Shown here piece after piece: positions 1 to 12,870 of a stretch of 38,265 bases of DNA. The stretch is taken from contig NIVC01001043.1 in the NCBI GenBank assembly GCA_002269645.1, positions 1 to 38,265 of the forward strand. The letters run 5' to 3'. The notes beneath the pieces are model-generated. The model was not told the DNA's origin. It was given only the letters and a program-made list of their open reading frames with translations, and made no database searches. A program made the translations under genes and the position numbers. The DNA is from Macrostomum lignano (lineage: Eukaryota). The first letter of the stretch is position 1; the number at the start of each line of letters is the position of its first letter.

Positions 1-3000
1 ACCCTTGGCTGACATACTTAATAGTCTGAGTCTGCGGTGAGCGCTTCGCTATTGCTGCTTGGAAGCCAACTGTAGCGACTTTCGCATGCGCCTTGGTTGT
101 AATTTTCCTTTCTTTCGAGCTATCGATTAAGACCTAAGGCTTTTATGGGCGTTTGGCCTGCATTCCTGGTTTTAAAATGCGGCTTTTTCACTTGTAAAGT
201 ATAACTCCCGTTGCTATTTTCTGCGGGCGTATACATCTTCCACAGGGTAGAAATATGTGGATTTGTTGAACCGGACTGAATGCCTTAAGATGTGTGAGTG
301 CAGGCTGGGAGATGGGAGTCACTCGTGGAATTTTAATTTGCGCTGCCGCAAAGCCCGGCCTGTCTTCCGCCTGCTGTTTGCATTCAGTTCACGCGGCAGC
401 GCTTCAAGCGGCTACTTCAAGCGTCCAACAACATAAGCTTCCTATTTCGTTCGGTGGTATTGGATTTCTACACTCGTGTTTCTTATCAGCCATCTTTGGA
501 CGTTTAAACCTGGAGCAGTGTCTCGATAGCAGAAACTGCTCAGCTTCATCAGGCACCCTTGATAAGATCGAATATACCGAGAAGTCTCGTCCGTTGATCA
601 GTCTAATAGAACTTTGTTGCTGGTCCCGGCTCAGAAGATCGAGTGTACTTCGACACGCGATGCATCATATGAGGAACACAGCGCAGCTTTTCGAATCAGT
701 AAAGAAGACAATTTCGCTTTCCTAAAAAATCTTTTCAATAGGCTCTTGCAGCTAAGTTCGCGTAAAGAAGTCCGCTCTTGAGTCTAGTGCTTTTCGCACT
801 CTCTGTAGTTACTCTACTTGAGCATCTAGAGTACAGTTGCATCTTTTTAACAGTTCTAGCCGTTAAATTGCTTCACTTTTGTCCTAATTTGTCTTCTTTG
901 TTCGACTATAATTCCATTTAGACTCTTCGAACTGCTCATTTCTGTCTGATTTTTAATCCTACTCTCTCCCTCCAGCTCCGAGCACTTTGGAAACGTTCCC
1001 TGTGTGTTGCCTTCGTCGCGAGCATTCTCCCTGCCTATCTTTCCTTCCTCCCCCTGTAGACAGACACATCAGTGCGGGGCTAGTTTCTGGTGTAGGCAAC
1101 CAGCGACCCAAGTCCCTTTCTCTCCTCCACACTCTCCGTCTGTCTGCATTCTGTCCAGTCTGCGCGTCAGGTCTGAACACGACCCGTCTCCGGCCTTCCC
1201 CCAGTCTCTCCTCTTTTCCCTTCTGCATCTTCTATTTGCTTCAAGCTAAAAGAAGCGGTCGCTCATTCCTTCTCTATTCATTCTTCGTTCATTAGTCCAC
1301 ACGCCTGCGCACAGGCGCCTTTTAGTCTCCACCCACTCAGTTTTCTGCTTTTATTGCGAGCTTTTTCTGCTTTCGTTACTGCTGCAACAGGCGGAGAAGC
1401 GTAATTCTGCATATAAGAGGAGCTCGGGTGTGAGACTCAAAGTTTGTCACTCATTGTTGTATATTATCAAATATTCCGAAGAGAAAGTTCTGCATTTCAC
1501 TAGATCGTCGTTCTGCTGTGCGTGTCAGACTAAATTAAAATTTTGGCTAGCAACTGAATTAATCTGCTCACCGAGAGAAGCCCAACAGTAAAAGAAGCTC
1601 CACAGCAAGCGTTTGCAATTTTCAACTGATTGTCTATACCGATTTACATTAAAGACAACTTTGGAATTCCTCTGCCTTGCGTACGCATTCATCAAGTCTG
1701 TGTTGGCGGCCAAAAGAATTCCATCCAGTCCTAAAGCAAACAATTTTGTGGAAAAACCGACGAGTTGGCGAGGCAGACTAAAGTTATTCATTCAGCATCT
1801 AAGAACTAACTTGGATTCGCCAGTCCGCTTCGAGCCTGCAGCTGCCCAACTGCCCGAGGTAGTCTGAAGGCTTCCCCTTCGCTCCTCGTCACAAGTGGTT
1901 GCCTTCCGCATCAAAGAATCGCCTGCGCTGTAAAGGCCTCGTGTATCCTCTACACTGACATTCCATATTTTTTCCATCCCCTTTATTACCCCGACTCCCC
2001 GAATCTCGTCTCTGCCGGATTTTCAGCTCCGTACCCCTCCTGAGAGGAACCTTGCCTCCCGCAAAGACGCTTCAGTCTAGCTTAACGTTACTAAGAAAAG
2101 AAAAAAAACCGCGAAGCAAGGAAGTTGTGCTAGTAAAGAAATACGCTGCTCTCCATTCGTGCTTGCTCCTATCCGGCTGTTATTCAAGGCGCTGCTCGCA
2201 TTAGCGACTCTGCACTCGGATTTGCGTCTGCCGCTACCGCCCCCTCATCTCTTGCGCTCTTTTTCTCTTTCCAACCACCCGGCGTCCCTTGATTAATCCC
2301 TCGTGGCGGTCTTCTAAATTCCCCCTTCTAGTCCCTGCCCCCTTGCCTAGAGCCTGCTTCTACTAGTGGCCCTTTCCCATCTCGCTGACTCGCCTGCCGC
2401 TCTCTCTATTCCTACCCCCTTTCCCTTGGGCCGTCCGCCCGTTTTGTGGATTCGATTTATATTCGACAGCGGCATTCGCAGCAAATCCATCCTGCTATCC
2501 CGTTCCCCTTTGCTCGTCCTGCTCTTGGCTGGCCCCGTACTCCGCCAGCGCCGCGTTGACTCATTCTATACTCTGCACTCTTGAAGGGTAGAAAAACAGA
2601 CGCAGCGGTTGCTGAGGCCGACTGCCCTCTGTTCTGGCCGCATTTGGTCGTGCTGAACGCAAAGAGGTTCAATTGCTCCTTTCTGGCAAAAATAACGCAT
2701 TAGCGAAAAATCCCATGTTAGCGTTACGCGCAACCTTCAGTTAATCCGAGCCCTGTGGCTGCTGCAAATATCCAGCTAAAGCGCGCCGTTATGGAGCATG
2801 CGTCTTGAAGTCCAGTCATCAATATTTTCCCGCCATGAATCGAATACGTTGACAGACAGCCCCGCTTAATTGCCAAGTATCTGAGACGCCCGTGCGCTCG
2901 CGCCCATCGTTCAAAAGTATTCTGTGGACGGAAAATACTGCCCAATCTACTACCCTATCTTCTATGTGCACATGGGTGCATAGTGAGAGGCGGTATTATA

Positions 3001-5687
3001 AAGTGCGCAGCATGGACCCGAGCGAGAACGAATAGAAATCAACGGAAAGCCACGCTAGAGGCTACAGTCGCCGCTCTTGCCGAAGAAATAACTAAGGTGC
3101 CAAAGCCTGAAGAAAATACGCGAACAGGAGTGTGTGAAGACGAGGAGGGCAAGGCAACAATTGGCATCGCGTACCGCTAGCCTTTGCTTCAGCGGGGTGG
3201 AGGGCAGGGCTGCACGGGAAGGGGTCGCACTATGCTTCCCCCGAGCGCCCGTTGCCTCCACTAATCAAGCGGCTTCTTCGCATCCGTCTGTTCCGGCTGT
3301 TATCGACTACAGTCGCATCCGCTGGTCGGCTAGGCTATCTACCGTCCTCTTACTTGACCCCTCTGTCTGCCAGCTGTTGGCCAAGCTTTTCGCATCCTAG
3401 GCCGCTGTTAGATCCCGCTTGTCTTGCCAGTCCTCTGCCCGAATCGCGCAGACGCTACTTTGGTCGCAGGCCCGCCAGCGGCGGCAGAGGCCGCATGAGT
3501 ATGTGGCTGTCTAGCAGCAACAACAGTGGCGGGAGCTCATTGTCGGCTAGACGCAAAGTGGTGCTGCTATTGGTACTGCACTCTGGCGGTGGTGGCCCGT
3601 TTCGCTCTCGAGCATTGCCGCTGGTCTCTGTTGATCTAGATCGGGGTAAGTTGCCGCGTCACAGGCCTGAAATATTGGCTAGTCTGTCTAAAAACCCGTG
3701 CTGTTTGCGATGCTTTCGACACTAATTGCTAGCGTTCAATCGATAACCCCTTATTAAATATCTTTTAGCGAAAAAATCTACATATACTATTTTTCTAGTA
3801 CCTAGTATATGTTCATTTCCTAGGAATGTTTACCCTAATCTTGACTGGGCAGGCTTCGGTGTGGGCCTTTCGGACATAAAAGAAAGGTTTAGTTTCCGCT
3901 GTCAAATCTCTCCTAAGTCTCATTTCGGGTCTGTTTGGGTCACAACAGAATCTACATACGAGTATTACACTGCAGTTTCTGCTATTTTTAGCTCGGCTAG
4001 CTTAGGCAATACTGCACAACTTTTCTAACTAGACTTTATGCTGCAACAAGCTTTCTTCTATAGGCAATTGCCTTAATGTTTGCCCAGTTAACTGTGCCTG
4101 CATCGATTCCTGCTTCCCCTGGCATTAGTGCCCGTCTATTCCGCATGCGATTTATGATTGCATGATGCGCTGCCGCTCGAGTATTGGCTCGATGAAGGGA
4201 AAATCGAAGCAATACATACGTGCTGGACTTGCTATTGCATTATTAAAATGCTGTGCGAGCACATCAATTTTTCTTATCCCTTCCGTGTCCTGGAAATTCT
4301 CATTCTCGGGAATACTTCGGTCTCTTATATCTCGATCGGAAGCGAGCTAATTAACTTTTTTCTCTCTCCGTTAGTTCGTCTCCAAAACTTTTTCGAAGAC
4401 TGGGAGCTGCCGTCTCTCAAATGTTCTCTCTGCTGCACTCAATTGGAGTTTCTGTACTGACTGACTGGCTGAGCAGAGTTGAGGCTGAGTCTAGTCTTTA
4501 GGGTAGGACGGAGACAGAGTGACGGCGACTTAAACTTGTACAAAATCGATTACCTCCTTCCTTTCCAGTATCCTCCAGTCCCTAGGACTTCATCAAATTA
4601 TGCAGGATTGGCTCTAGGCATCATTTGCTGCTGAATGTATTTTACTGTGGGCAAAGTATATGAAACTGTAGAGTTCGATCCTTTCTAAAAATATTTTCTA
4701 TACGTTTAGTTTTAGACAAGCAACATACATTATATATTATTATTATTAAACAACTTGTTTGCCCAGTGACCCGTTTCGTGTTGCCAGTGGATAAGCTACA
4801 GTTGCTAGTTAGCTTGAAAAAATAGCCATAAAATTACGCATATCGGAGGCAGATTGAAACCCTTAGTGCAGTTCGTTGGCTTTGGTACACGGCATTGGCC
4901 GCACTCGAGTTCCCACATACACTTTGCGTCCTGCACTGCCTGTATCTGTCTGCAATGCTTGCCCGCAGTACGAGCCAAGGGTTGGTAGCCGCAGGGACAG
5001 AACGGGGCCCAGCTGACAGTCCCACACTGCCGGCTTGGCTCCCGATAAAAAAACACAATTTTTCATGTCCGGTCCTGTGAACAAGAACGCGCATATCAGT
5101 TACCGCGTGCAGCGCTTGTCCCGTCCTTTTTCGCCTTAACGTGCTTTTCTACACTAATGGCTCGGGTTTTTTTCTAAGGCTGGTTGGCTGGTTAGTTCAG
5201 GTTGGTTACCCATTCGGAACTGGCCTGTCTTATTAATAGCTCGCCGCTGACAGGACATTGCTATTGGTGCAGGGGGGGGGGGCAGTGAGGGAACGAGAGG
5301 AAGATATGGCTAGTTGGTGGCCTTCTGCGCAGCGCCACATCTGCGTTTTCTCCGCCTGCCCCCCCTTCCGTCTAGCCCTGCGCTTCCATTATTTCGTACC
5401 GGTATTAGGCCCAAGTCCCGCTTCCATATCGTTCTGTAGGACCTGTATAGAGTGTATAGGCGAGGTCCATGGGAACCAATGTCTGAATAGGATAGGTGCT
5501 CCGCAGTTCGTGGGTTTGGGTGGGAGGGAAACACGAAGCCAGCGGAGATATGCGCGGGGTATTAGAGACAAAAATAGCGACTGGCAGAAGCAAGTCAAAT
5601 CGGGGGCCTGGATTTTTATTCTTCATTCGTTTAATTTTATTCGGATTCTTTGTTTTGTCCGCGGAGACTAATGGCGAGGCCTGGCTA

Positions 5688-6179
5688 ATGCTAGTTAGCT
5701 CTAGGCTATCAGTAGCTCAGGCTCTGGGCCTGTCCCTAGCCGCCTGCTGCGTGAGCTCAGCCCTGCTGCTGCTCAGCGCTTGCAGCCTGCTGCTTGACGC
5801 AACCAGCGCTCACTCAGCAGCCACCCTGTGCCGCCTTCCAGTCCGCGGTGTCGGCTCCATCGTCTGCCTGTCAGCCGCTGTCGGCATCGGGATCGGCGGC
5901 GTGATCGCCTACCGGCTGTTCTGTCGCTACCACAAGCAACAGCAGCAACAACAACAAAAACAACAACAGCAACAACAACAACAAAGACAACTCGGAGAGA
6001 CTAGCGAAACCGAAGGTCAAGAGAGTCTGCTTGTAGAAGAGGAAGAAGACTGTTGCACCTGCGGCTGCGGATGCTATCGGATTAAGAGTGCACAGACAAG
6101 GACTAGACACCTGCCAGCTGATGCTGTTGAAGCAGGCGATGCTAGTGTTGGTCAGGACAGCTTGTCGCATTGTTGCACT
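5688..6179 (+). CDS. Transmembrane/polyQ coding exon, probably the first exon of the OTULIN-like gene (alternative: standalone 168-aa ORF 5688-6194)
   Basis: ATG at 5688. Two hydrophobic segments (VAQALGLSLAACCVSSALLLLSACSLLL; VGSIVCLSAAVGIGIGGVIAYRLF followed by basic RYHK), then polyQ and EEEED. A phase-0 donor ACT|GTGAGT at 6180 can join an in-frame, stop-free acceptor GGCAG|TCG at 6509 that runs into the 6560 ATG. Confidence 0.55.
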
Positions 6180-6288
6180 GTGAGTTTCTGGTGATGTTTT
6201 TTTTCACACCTTTGTTTGAACTACTGGCCTTTTTATGCACATTTTATTCTTAAGAATAAAATATGTTCTTAGGAAATGCTCGAAAGAT

Positions 6289-6467
6289 CCACCTTAGCAA
6301 CAAAATAATCACCTCCCCTTAGCAACAATAGAATCACCTCCCCCTTAAAATCACCTCCCCCTTAGCAACAAAAGAATCACCTGCCCTTAGCGGCAAAAGA
6401 ATCACCCCCTTAAGAGAATCACCACCTTAGCAATCGCAATAGAGTCACCCCTTAGCAGCCACAAAAG
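6289..6467. repeat. Degenerate ~25-bp tandem repeat (CCCTTAGCAACAAAAGAATCACCT), about 7 copies
   Basis: Repeated CCTTAGC..A and AATCACC motifs seen directly; lies in the proposed intron 6180-6508. Confidence 0.75.
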
Positions 6468-6559
6468 CATCGCCACTTACGACCCGACCCGCCCCCCGCA
6501 CGCGGCAGTCGCTAGAGCCGGCCCCAGCGCTACCCAACGGGTCAGCGTCAGTCGCCCCA

Positions 6560-9500
6560 ATGGGCAACACCCAGCAGCACCAGCGGCAGCGCAATCGCCG
6601 CCAAGCTGCCGACGCCATTGAGTTGCGGCAGCTGCCGGCGTCAGCCGGTGCGGCGAGAATCGCTGGTGAGACCCGGCACCTGCTGGGCTACGATGATCCC
6701 GACGATGATGACAGCGACGATAACTTCGGAGAATTCAAAGGCAGTCGAGCTACAGCAGCGGCCGGTGGTAACCAGGATTTTCTGATAGACTCAGCAGAGG
6801 AGGCGCTGCCTGACGGTGACGGCTCAGCTGCTGCCGCCACCGCCGCTTCAGTTCAGGATGTGGAGTTCAGGACTGACAGTCTCAGAGCCGTGTCCAGCTT
6901 GGAGTCCGTCAACCGAGACAGCTGGTTTATTCATTCTGGCTCTGTCGGCAATTCCGCAGTTGCTTGGCCCGGCACTTGTGGTGAGCGATGACTGAGTTAG
7001 TTCAATGCTGAGAGATCTGGCTATCAGCTTTGTTGCTATGCGGATGTTACACCCAGCTATTTGTTGTACCCCTCCATTCCAGCCGCGGCACCCGGATCCC
7101 CGCCCCGCCAGCAGTCCCAGCAGCCGTCTCTGCCCGGCTACGTCAACGAGCACAACCAGGACCTGTTCCACCGGGTGCTGCACATCTACGCTCGCGTCCA
7201 TAGCAACGGCGATAGCAACGCGGCAGTCGAATCGCCCAGCGTTGACCCGGAGCTGCCAGCCGATGCTGACGCTGCCGAGTTCCTGGACACCTCGCTGGGT
7301 GCCGAGTTCGCCCGGAGGCGAGACGAGTTCAACAGCAAGAAGCCGCAGCAGCAGCATCAAGAAGCCGCCGAAGACGAGCTCTTTGCCGACCGAGAAGACG
7401 CAGATGACGAGGATTACGAGCTGACCCGCCAGCAGCTGCTGACCTCGCTGCGCCAGGGCGAGTCGCTGTTCTCCGACTGCGCTGCCTCATCAACCGCCGT
7501 GGCCACCTCCGCCTGCTGGCTCATGGAGGACTCGGGAATCGATTTCGCTTCGGCGTCGGTTGATCCGCCATTAGCTGGAGCTGGAGCGACATCGGCAGCA
7601 ACGGCGGCGACGGCGGGTTCTCCTTCAGCCACCCTGGAGATGCTGGACCGCCTGCTCGATGCTGCCGCTGCGCTGTCAGCTGAAGCCGCCGATCAGCTGA
7701 CTGTCTGCGACCGTCTGGCCTCCGGCGGACGCGAAGTTGCCGACGGTGTCGCCTCGGCCGATCGGCAGCTGGCGGACGCCCGGTCGGCCTGGGAGGAGGT
7801 GCACGTGGCGCACCTGCTGGCTAGCTCGCGGCTGTCGCACTCGTCAAGCTTCGGCCTGGACTTGGACCTGTCCTCCGGCGACTGGTCTCTGTACGATGAG
7901 GCGCTGCAGGACCGGATCGGGGAGATTTTCCACAAGGCCGGCCTGAGTGAGTCTGTCTGGGATTTAAAGGTTTAGATTTATATAGATTTAGATCTAAGTC
8001 GACCACAAGCTCAAAACGCAATACAATGCAATGGTTGTGTCGGACAATGTTGCCGGAGGCATTGCGCCAGGGTGTTTTGCTGCCCTCCCGCGAATATATG
8101 ATTAATATTATTAGATAGTATTAGTTTGAGACACAGTACAATCTGTGTCAAGTTCTATGTTTGCAGAGGTAACAATAGAACTATAAAGCTGTATTCAATA
8201 CTGGGTCATCTGGGTCATTCTCAATGTACTCGTGTCTGTGTGTCTAAGCAGTCGCTCTAACCAGACGAAATTTCCAACAGTCAACTGCACATGAATATTT
8301 TAGCCGAGTCTCCACTGGCGCAAGAATACCGTGAGCAAAGCGCTTGTTTGTACTTCGATAAAATCATTTTTCTGGTTTGATTTCTGCTTTTCTCTAATCT
8401 GAATTCAATAATAACCGATCGTTCAGGTGCTTGGACTTCATAGCACTGCAGATTTCAGAAGCATATTTAACCATTTATAATGTATCAATCGCTAGATAAA
8501 AGCCTCATGATTTTTGCCTTCTGAGCTTAACACGTCGGCTAGTTACACCGAACAATAAATCATAATTAAGATTCTAACGCACTATGCTAGTTGCTGATAA
8601 CAAATGCTAACAGTTTTTTCGACAATATTTGGCAGTCACATTTCTGCCTAGCAACTGAAGCTAACCTTGTTAATAAAGTCGGGCCGTCCTTGAAATCCGC
8701 TGGCGCGGAAAGAGCCAAGAAGCGAATTGGCTTTCTTTGAGTCAGGAAATTTGCAAGCCTCAGCCAACTGCACTGCCGCAGCCTCTGTCCCAAATTAAAT
8801 TGCACTTTGGCTACAGAAGTTATTGCTAGGTTTATTTCCTGACATATTGTACTTTGAAAACTAAGCGCATTGTTTAACATTTGAATGCGTTGCTAGCAGA
8901 CACTACTTTAACATATTCTGCATTAACAGTCGATAAATTCTCAAGTAGGACGGGAGACTGCATTTCTTTGAATGAAAAATTTGAGGTACGATTTCAAAAA
9001 ATGCATTACGGAAATTGGAGGCTTTCATTTGATCAGCACAAAAACCGTTATTGTTTTTAAAGGAGACAGACCTAATGTACACGCCTTTCTTATAGCTTGA
9101 TTGGTATTTATAGAGCTAAGACTGAATAAAAATCTATTCATAAAACTAATAAGTCAATCCATACCATTTTTATGATTCTTAAACACATGATGTGCGATTG
9201 TACTATTAGCTATTAAGCTATTAAGAAAGGCAATGCATATCAAAAGATAAAAATTGGGTCTGCCCCAAAGCAATAGCAAATGTTGCGTTGAAAAAATGTC
9301 AACTTCAATTCTCCTCGCATTTCTTGCCTCTGCTTCCATTCTGATCCCGTTAAAAAAACAGTTACCGAGACAATAATCACTGAAGAGTCATTGTGAACAA
9401 CTCACTGGTGACTCACTGAGTCACTAAACAGAGTTTTTATAAACGAGGAATGAGATTCTAATTCATAAAGTGGCGCAAATGCGCTCCAGACGCAACCAAG

Positions 9501-11393
9501 TGAGTCTACAGCGACTCAAGCACGCCTCAGGTACGACTCTATGGCCCCAGAGTCGCAAACAACAAAACACATCAAATTGACTGTTAGGCGACTCTGACGG
9601 CTTTTTCGGCCACCTGTACCGTGGCATCTCGCCGTTTCAAAGGCGTCTACATGTAGAGTCACTTATTTTTTTATTTTTTTACCTGCAACGAGTCTAAAAA
9701 GACTCTGGGGGCAACGCAAGTGACTCTGTTTCATCTCATTCATCATCAACATTTGAAATTCGACATTCAACGGAATTGTAGGCAGCATTCTGGCTAGCGA
9801 GTCGCCAGACGCATCCGTCATCACAGAGTCACCGTTTGAGCAGGCGGCATCCTCGCCTGAGCAGCAGCGGAGTCACCGCCTGCCCATCGGCCAATTAGAG
9901 CGACTCACCGACTATGCCAAGTCGGCGTTGCACTGCTCAGCAGAGCAGCAGCGTCAGCGCTTCCTAGCCGACTGCAGCGGTCGCGGCGCTTTTATTCGGC
10001 GCGTCGCTGGCGCCGACAGCTTCGGCAGCTGGTCGAGACGGCGCTGCGCTCTGCACAGGGCGGCGCTCTTTGGATTCTGCTTGAAGCGGCGGCACCTGCC
10101 CGGGGACTGCCAGCACTGCTTGCAGGTGCGGCTGGGCTGATACTAGACTGGAATACGGATGAGATTAGACTGAACTGCGGATAAGATTGGATTGAACTGG
10201 GGATGAGATTGGACTGAAATAGGGATAAAATTAGACTGGAATAGGGATGAGATTAGATTAAACTAGGGATGAGATTAGATTGAACTGGGGATGAGATTGG
10301 ACTGAAGTGGGGATAAAATTAGACTGGAATAGGGATGAGATTAGATTAAACTAGGGATGAGATTAGATTGAACTGGGGATGAGATTGGACTGAAATGGGG
10401 ATAAAATTAGACTGGAATAGGGATGAGATTAGATTAAACTAGGGATGAGATTAGATTGAACTGGGGATGAGATTGGACTGAAGTGGGGATAAAATTAGAC
10501 TGGAATAGGGATGAGATTAGATTAAACTAGGGATGAGATTAGATTGAACTGGGGATGAGATTGGACTGAAATGGGGATAAAATTAGACTGGAATAGGGAT
10601 GAGATTAGATTAAACTAGGGATGAGATTAGATTGAACTGGGGATGAGATTGGACTGAAACAGTCCAATAAGTAAATATAGTTAAGGAGATGCGATTAGAC
10701 TAAGCTGGAAAGAAATTTGAATGATGCAATTATAAAAGTACATTGCAGTAAAATGACAAGGCTGAGGCCATACTACTACTAACGAATTGCATACAAATCA
10801 AGAGTGTAGGTAAGGTTGGTATTAGTAGACGAAACTATAGATAAGACCAGGCCCATGCTTGAGAGTTGCATTATAGTAATTAATTGCGAGTGTAATGAAT
10901 GCTTAAAATTTGTCTTCGAAAATAGAAGCTATAATTATAATTCAAGGGCTGAGATCAAATCAGGTGAATCTGCAGCGCTGCATTTGCACTCACCGCCCCG
11001 TAGGAATTGGACTCGGCCTTCGCTCGTCACGGCTGGCTCAGCGACACCTGGCCGTTCCACCCCGTTGACCAAGCAGGCGCCACCGCGGCGGCTGCTGCGG
11101 CCGCAGCGGCAGAGGAGGCTGTGGACTGCGCCGCAGCAGACGAGCTGCCGGCCTCGCAGTCGCCTTTTGCGGCGGCAGTGGCCGCCCGGCAGCAGCCCAG
11201 CTCGCCTCTGGCCAGGGCCCGCGCCAGCCTGCGCTCCCTGCACACCCGGCTGGCGTCCATTCGGGCTGAGCCCGGCTCGCTGTTCCGCGAGTGGGAGACC
11301 CTGCAGGTCTGTCTGTGTATGTGTGTGTCTGTGTGCCTGTCTGTCTGTCTGTCTGTCTGTCTGTGTCTGTCTGTCTGTCTGCCTGTCTGTCTA

Positions 11394-11424
<31 letters not shown>

Positions 11425-11439
11425 GTCTGTCTGCCTGCC

Positions 11440-11470
<31 letters not shown>

Positions 11471-11495
11471 GTGTCTGTCTGTCTGTCTGTCTGTG

Positions 11496-11534
<39 letters not shown>

Positions 11535-11922
11535 ATACATACATTCCTCCTAGAACGCACGTCAACCGCTGATCTGACAGGCCTTCAACGGCAGCCGAGG
11601 TGACGGCGACCTTCTGGAGGCCGCTGCGGCGCTGACCCTCATCCAGGCTGAGCAGCGGCAGGCACCTGAACCGCAGCTGCGTTCCCGCCTGCTGGCCGCC
11701 GCCATGCCCGAAGCCGAGGACCTGCAGCTGCTGGCCGAGTCGCTGGGCCTGACCATCCGCCTGCTCAGTCCGCCGCTCGAATCCGCAGCCCGGGACGACG
11801 GCCTCACCTGCCAGGTGTTCGAGCCGACAGCGGAGGATCCGCCCTGCGGCTCTCCATTGCCGGCCGAATTGACGCTGATTAGCGAGCCTAGCAACGGTTG
11901 CTATGGGGTGCTGATCTCGTAG
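6560..11922 (+). CDS. OTULIN/FAM105-family OTU-fold protein, likely pseudo-deubiquitinase; exons 6560(or 6509)-6980, 7083-7946, 9782-10125, 11004-11306, 11581-11922
   Basis: All four introns are GT-AG with matching phases (1,1,0,0). Summed length from 6560 is 2274 nt = 757 aa + stop. [12 protein letters not shown]...FIRRVAG...CALHRAALF and [17 protein letters not shown]...[11 protein letters not shown]...[15 protein letters not shown] resemble human OTULIN motifs as recalled (IRRVRGDNYCALRATLF; QVEMFLLAYAVRHTIQVY...TVYPTDPP...VTLIAEDDRHYNIPV). Family call is from memory, not a search. Confidence 0.7.
9345..9725 (+). mobile_element. Dispersed non-coding element rich in GAGTC/GACTC, copy 1 (intronic)
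   Basis: Blocks AAAAACAGTTACCGAGACAAT, ATTCTAATTCAT...GGCCCCAGAGTCG and GACTGTTAGGCGACT match the reverse complement of 32785-33195. Confidence 0.65.
10141..10660. repeat. Minisatellite: 88-bp higher-order repeat of four ~22-bp monomers (…GGGATGAGATTAGA…)
   Basis: GGACTGAA recurs at 10211, 10299 and 10387 (88-bp period); intronic. Confidence 0.9.
11307..11540. repeat. (CTGT)n microsatellite starting at the splice donor
   Basis: Seen directly; the donor GTCTGT at 11307 is itself part of the repeat. Confidence 0.95.
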
Positions 11923-12164
11923 GAATCCCATGCTAGTGTAATAGTCCTATCTAATACAATTTTGTTATTATCAGTACTGTTTTTTTTTGTAGGTCACGCC
12001 CTGAATTGTCTTTGAATATTTTTTTACGAGTTTACGAATTAGCTGCAGCCTAATTGTCTGTTAGTGAAATTCTCTCACAACTGCGAATTTTGTTCTCACC
12101 GCTGCCGCTTCCTGCTGTTGTCAGTTTCCGGAATCACTGTTTTGTGCTCATACAAATGGAAGAT

Positions 12165-12870
12165 GTCCGGAACCCAAATGAAAGGTGTCCGGAACCCAGA
12201 TGAAAGGTGTCCGAAATCCTAATGGAACGTGTCCGGAACCCAAATGGAAAGTGTCCGAAACCCAAATGAAAGGTGTCCGAAACGCAAATGAAAGGTGTCC
12301 GAAATCCAAATGAAAGGTGTCCGAAACGCAAATGAAAGGTGTCCGAAATCCAAATGAAAGGTGTCCGAAACCCAAATGAAAGGTGTCCGAAACCCAAATG
12401 AAAGGTGTCCGAAATCCTAATGGAACGTGTCCGGAACCCAAATGGAAAGTGTCCGAAACCCAAATGAAAGGTGTCCGAAACGCAAATGAAAGGTGTCCGA
12501 AATCCAAATGAAAGGTGTCCGAAATCCAAATGAAAGGTGTCCGAAACGCAAATGAAAGGTGTCCGAAATCCAAATGAAAGGTGTCCGAAACCCAAATGGA
12601 AGGTGTCCAAATTTCAAATTGGTGTCCGAAACGCAAATGAAAGGTGTCCGAAACCCAAATGAAAGGTGTCCGAAACCCAAATGGAAGGTGTCCGAAACCC
12701 AAATGAAAGGTGTCCGAAACCCAAATGAAAGGTGTCCGAAACCCAAATGGAAGGTGTCCGAAACCCAAATGAAAGGTGTCCGAAACCCAAATGAAAGGTG
12801 TCCGAAACCCAAATGGAAGGTGTCCGAAACCCAAATGAAAGGTGTCCGAAACCCAAATGGAAGGTGTCCA
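12165..12870. repeat. 22-bp minisatellite (AAAGGTGTCCGAAACCCAAATG)
   Basis: About 30 tandem copies; explains the repetitive ORFs at 12134-12909. Confidence 0.95.

Noticed and set aside
686-715. Minus-strand EIVFFTDSKS resembling an RNase H motif
   Set aside because: A single short motif; the other catalytic motifs and any RT domain are not seen at the expected spacing.
3260-4730. Minus-strand frame that reads as protein if TAG/TAA encode Gln (stop-codon recoding)
   Set aside because: I count 27 stops in about 490 codons including 4 TGA, and TAG is not enriched in this frame over the other two (6 of 15 in 3721-4080). The host genes use standard stops.
5671-5690. uORF MARPG whose TAA overlaps the 5688 ATG (TAATG)
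   Set aside because: A 5-codon ORF can easily arise by chance, and the true start site is unresolved.
7395-7430. DADDEDYEL as an OTULIN PUB-interacting motif
   Set aside because: Only an acidic stretch plus Tyr in a disordered region; too weak a match to the DMYRA-type motif.
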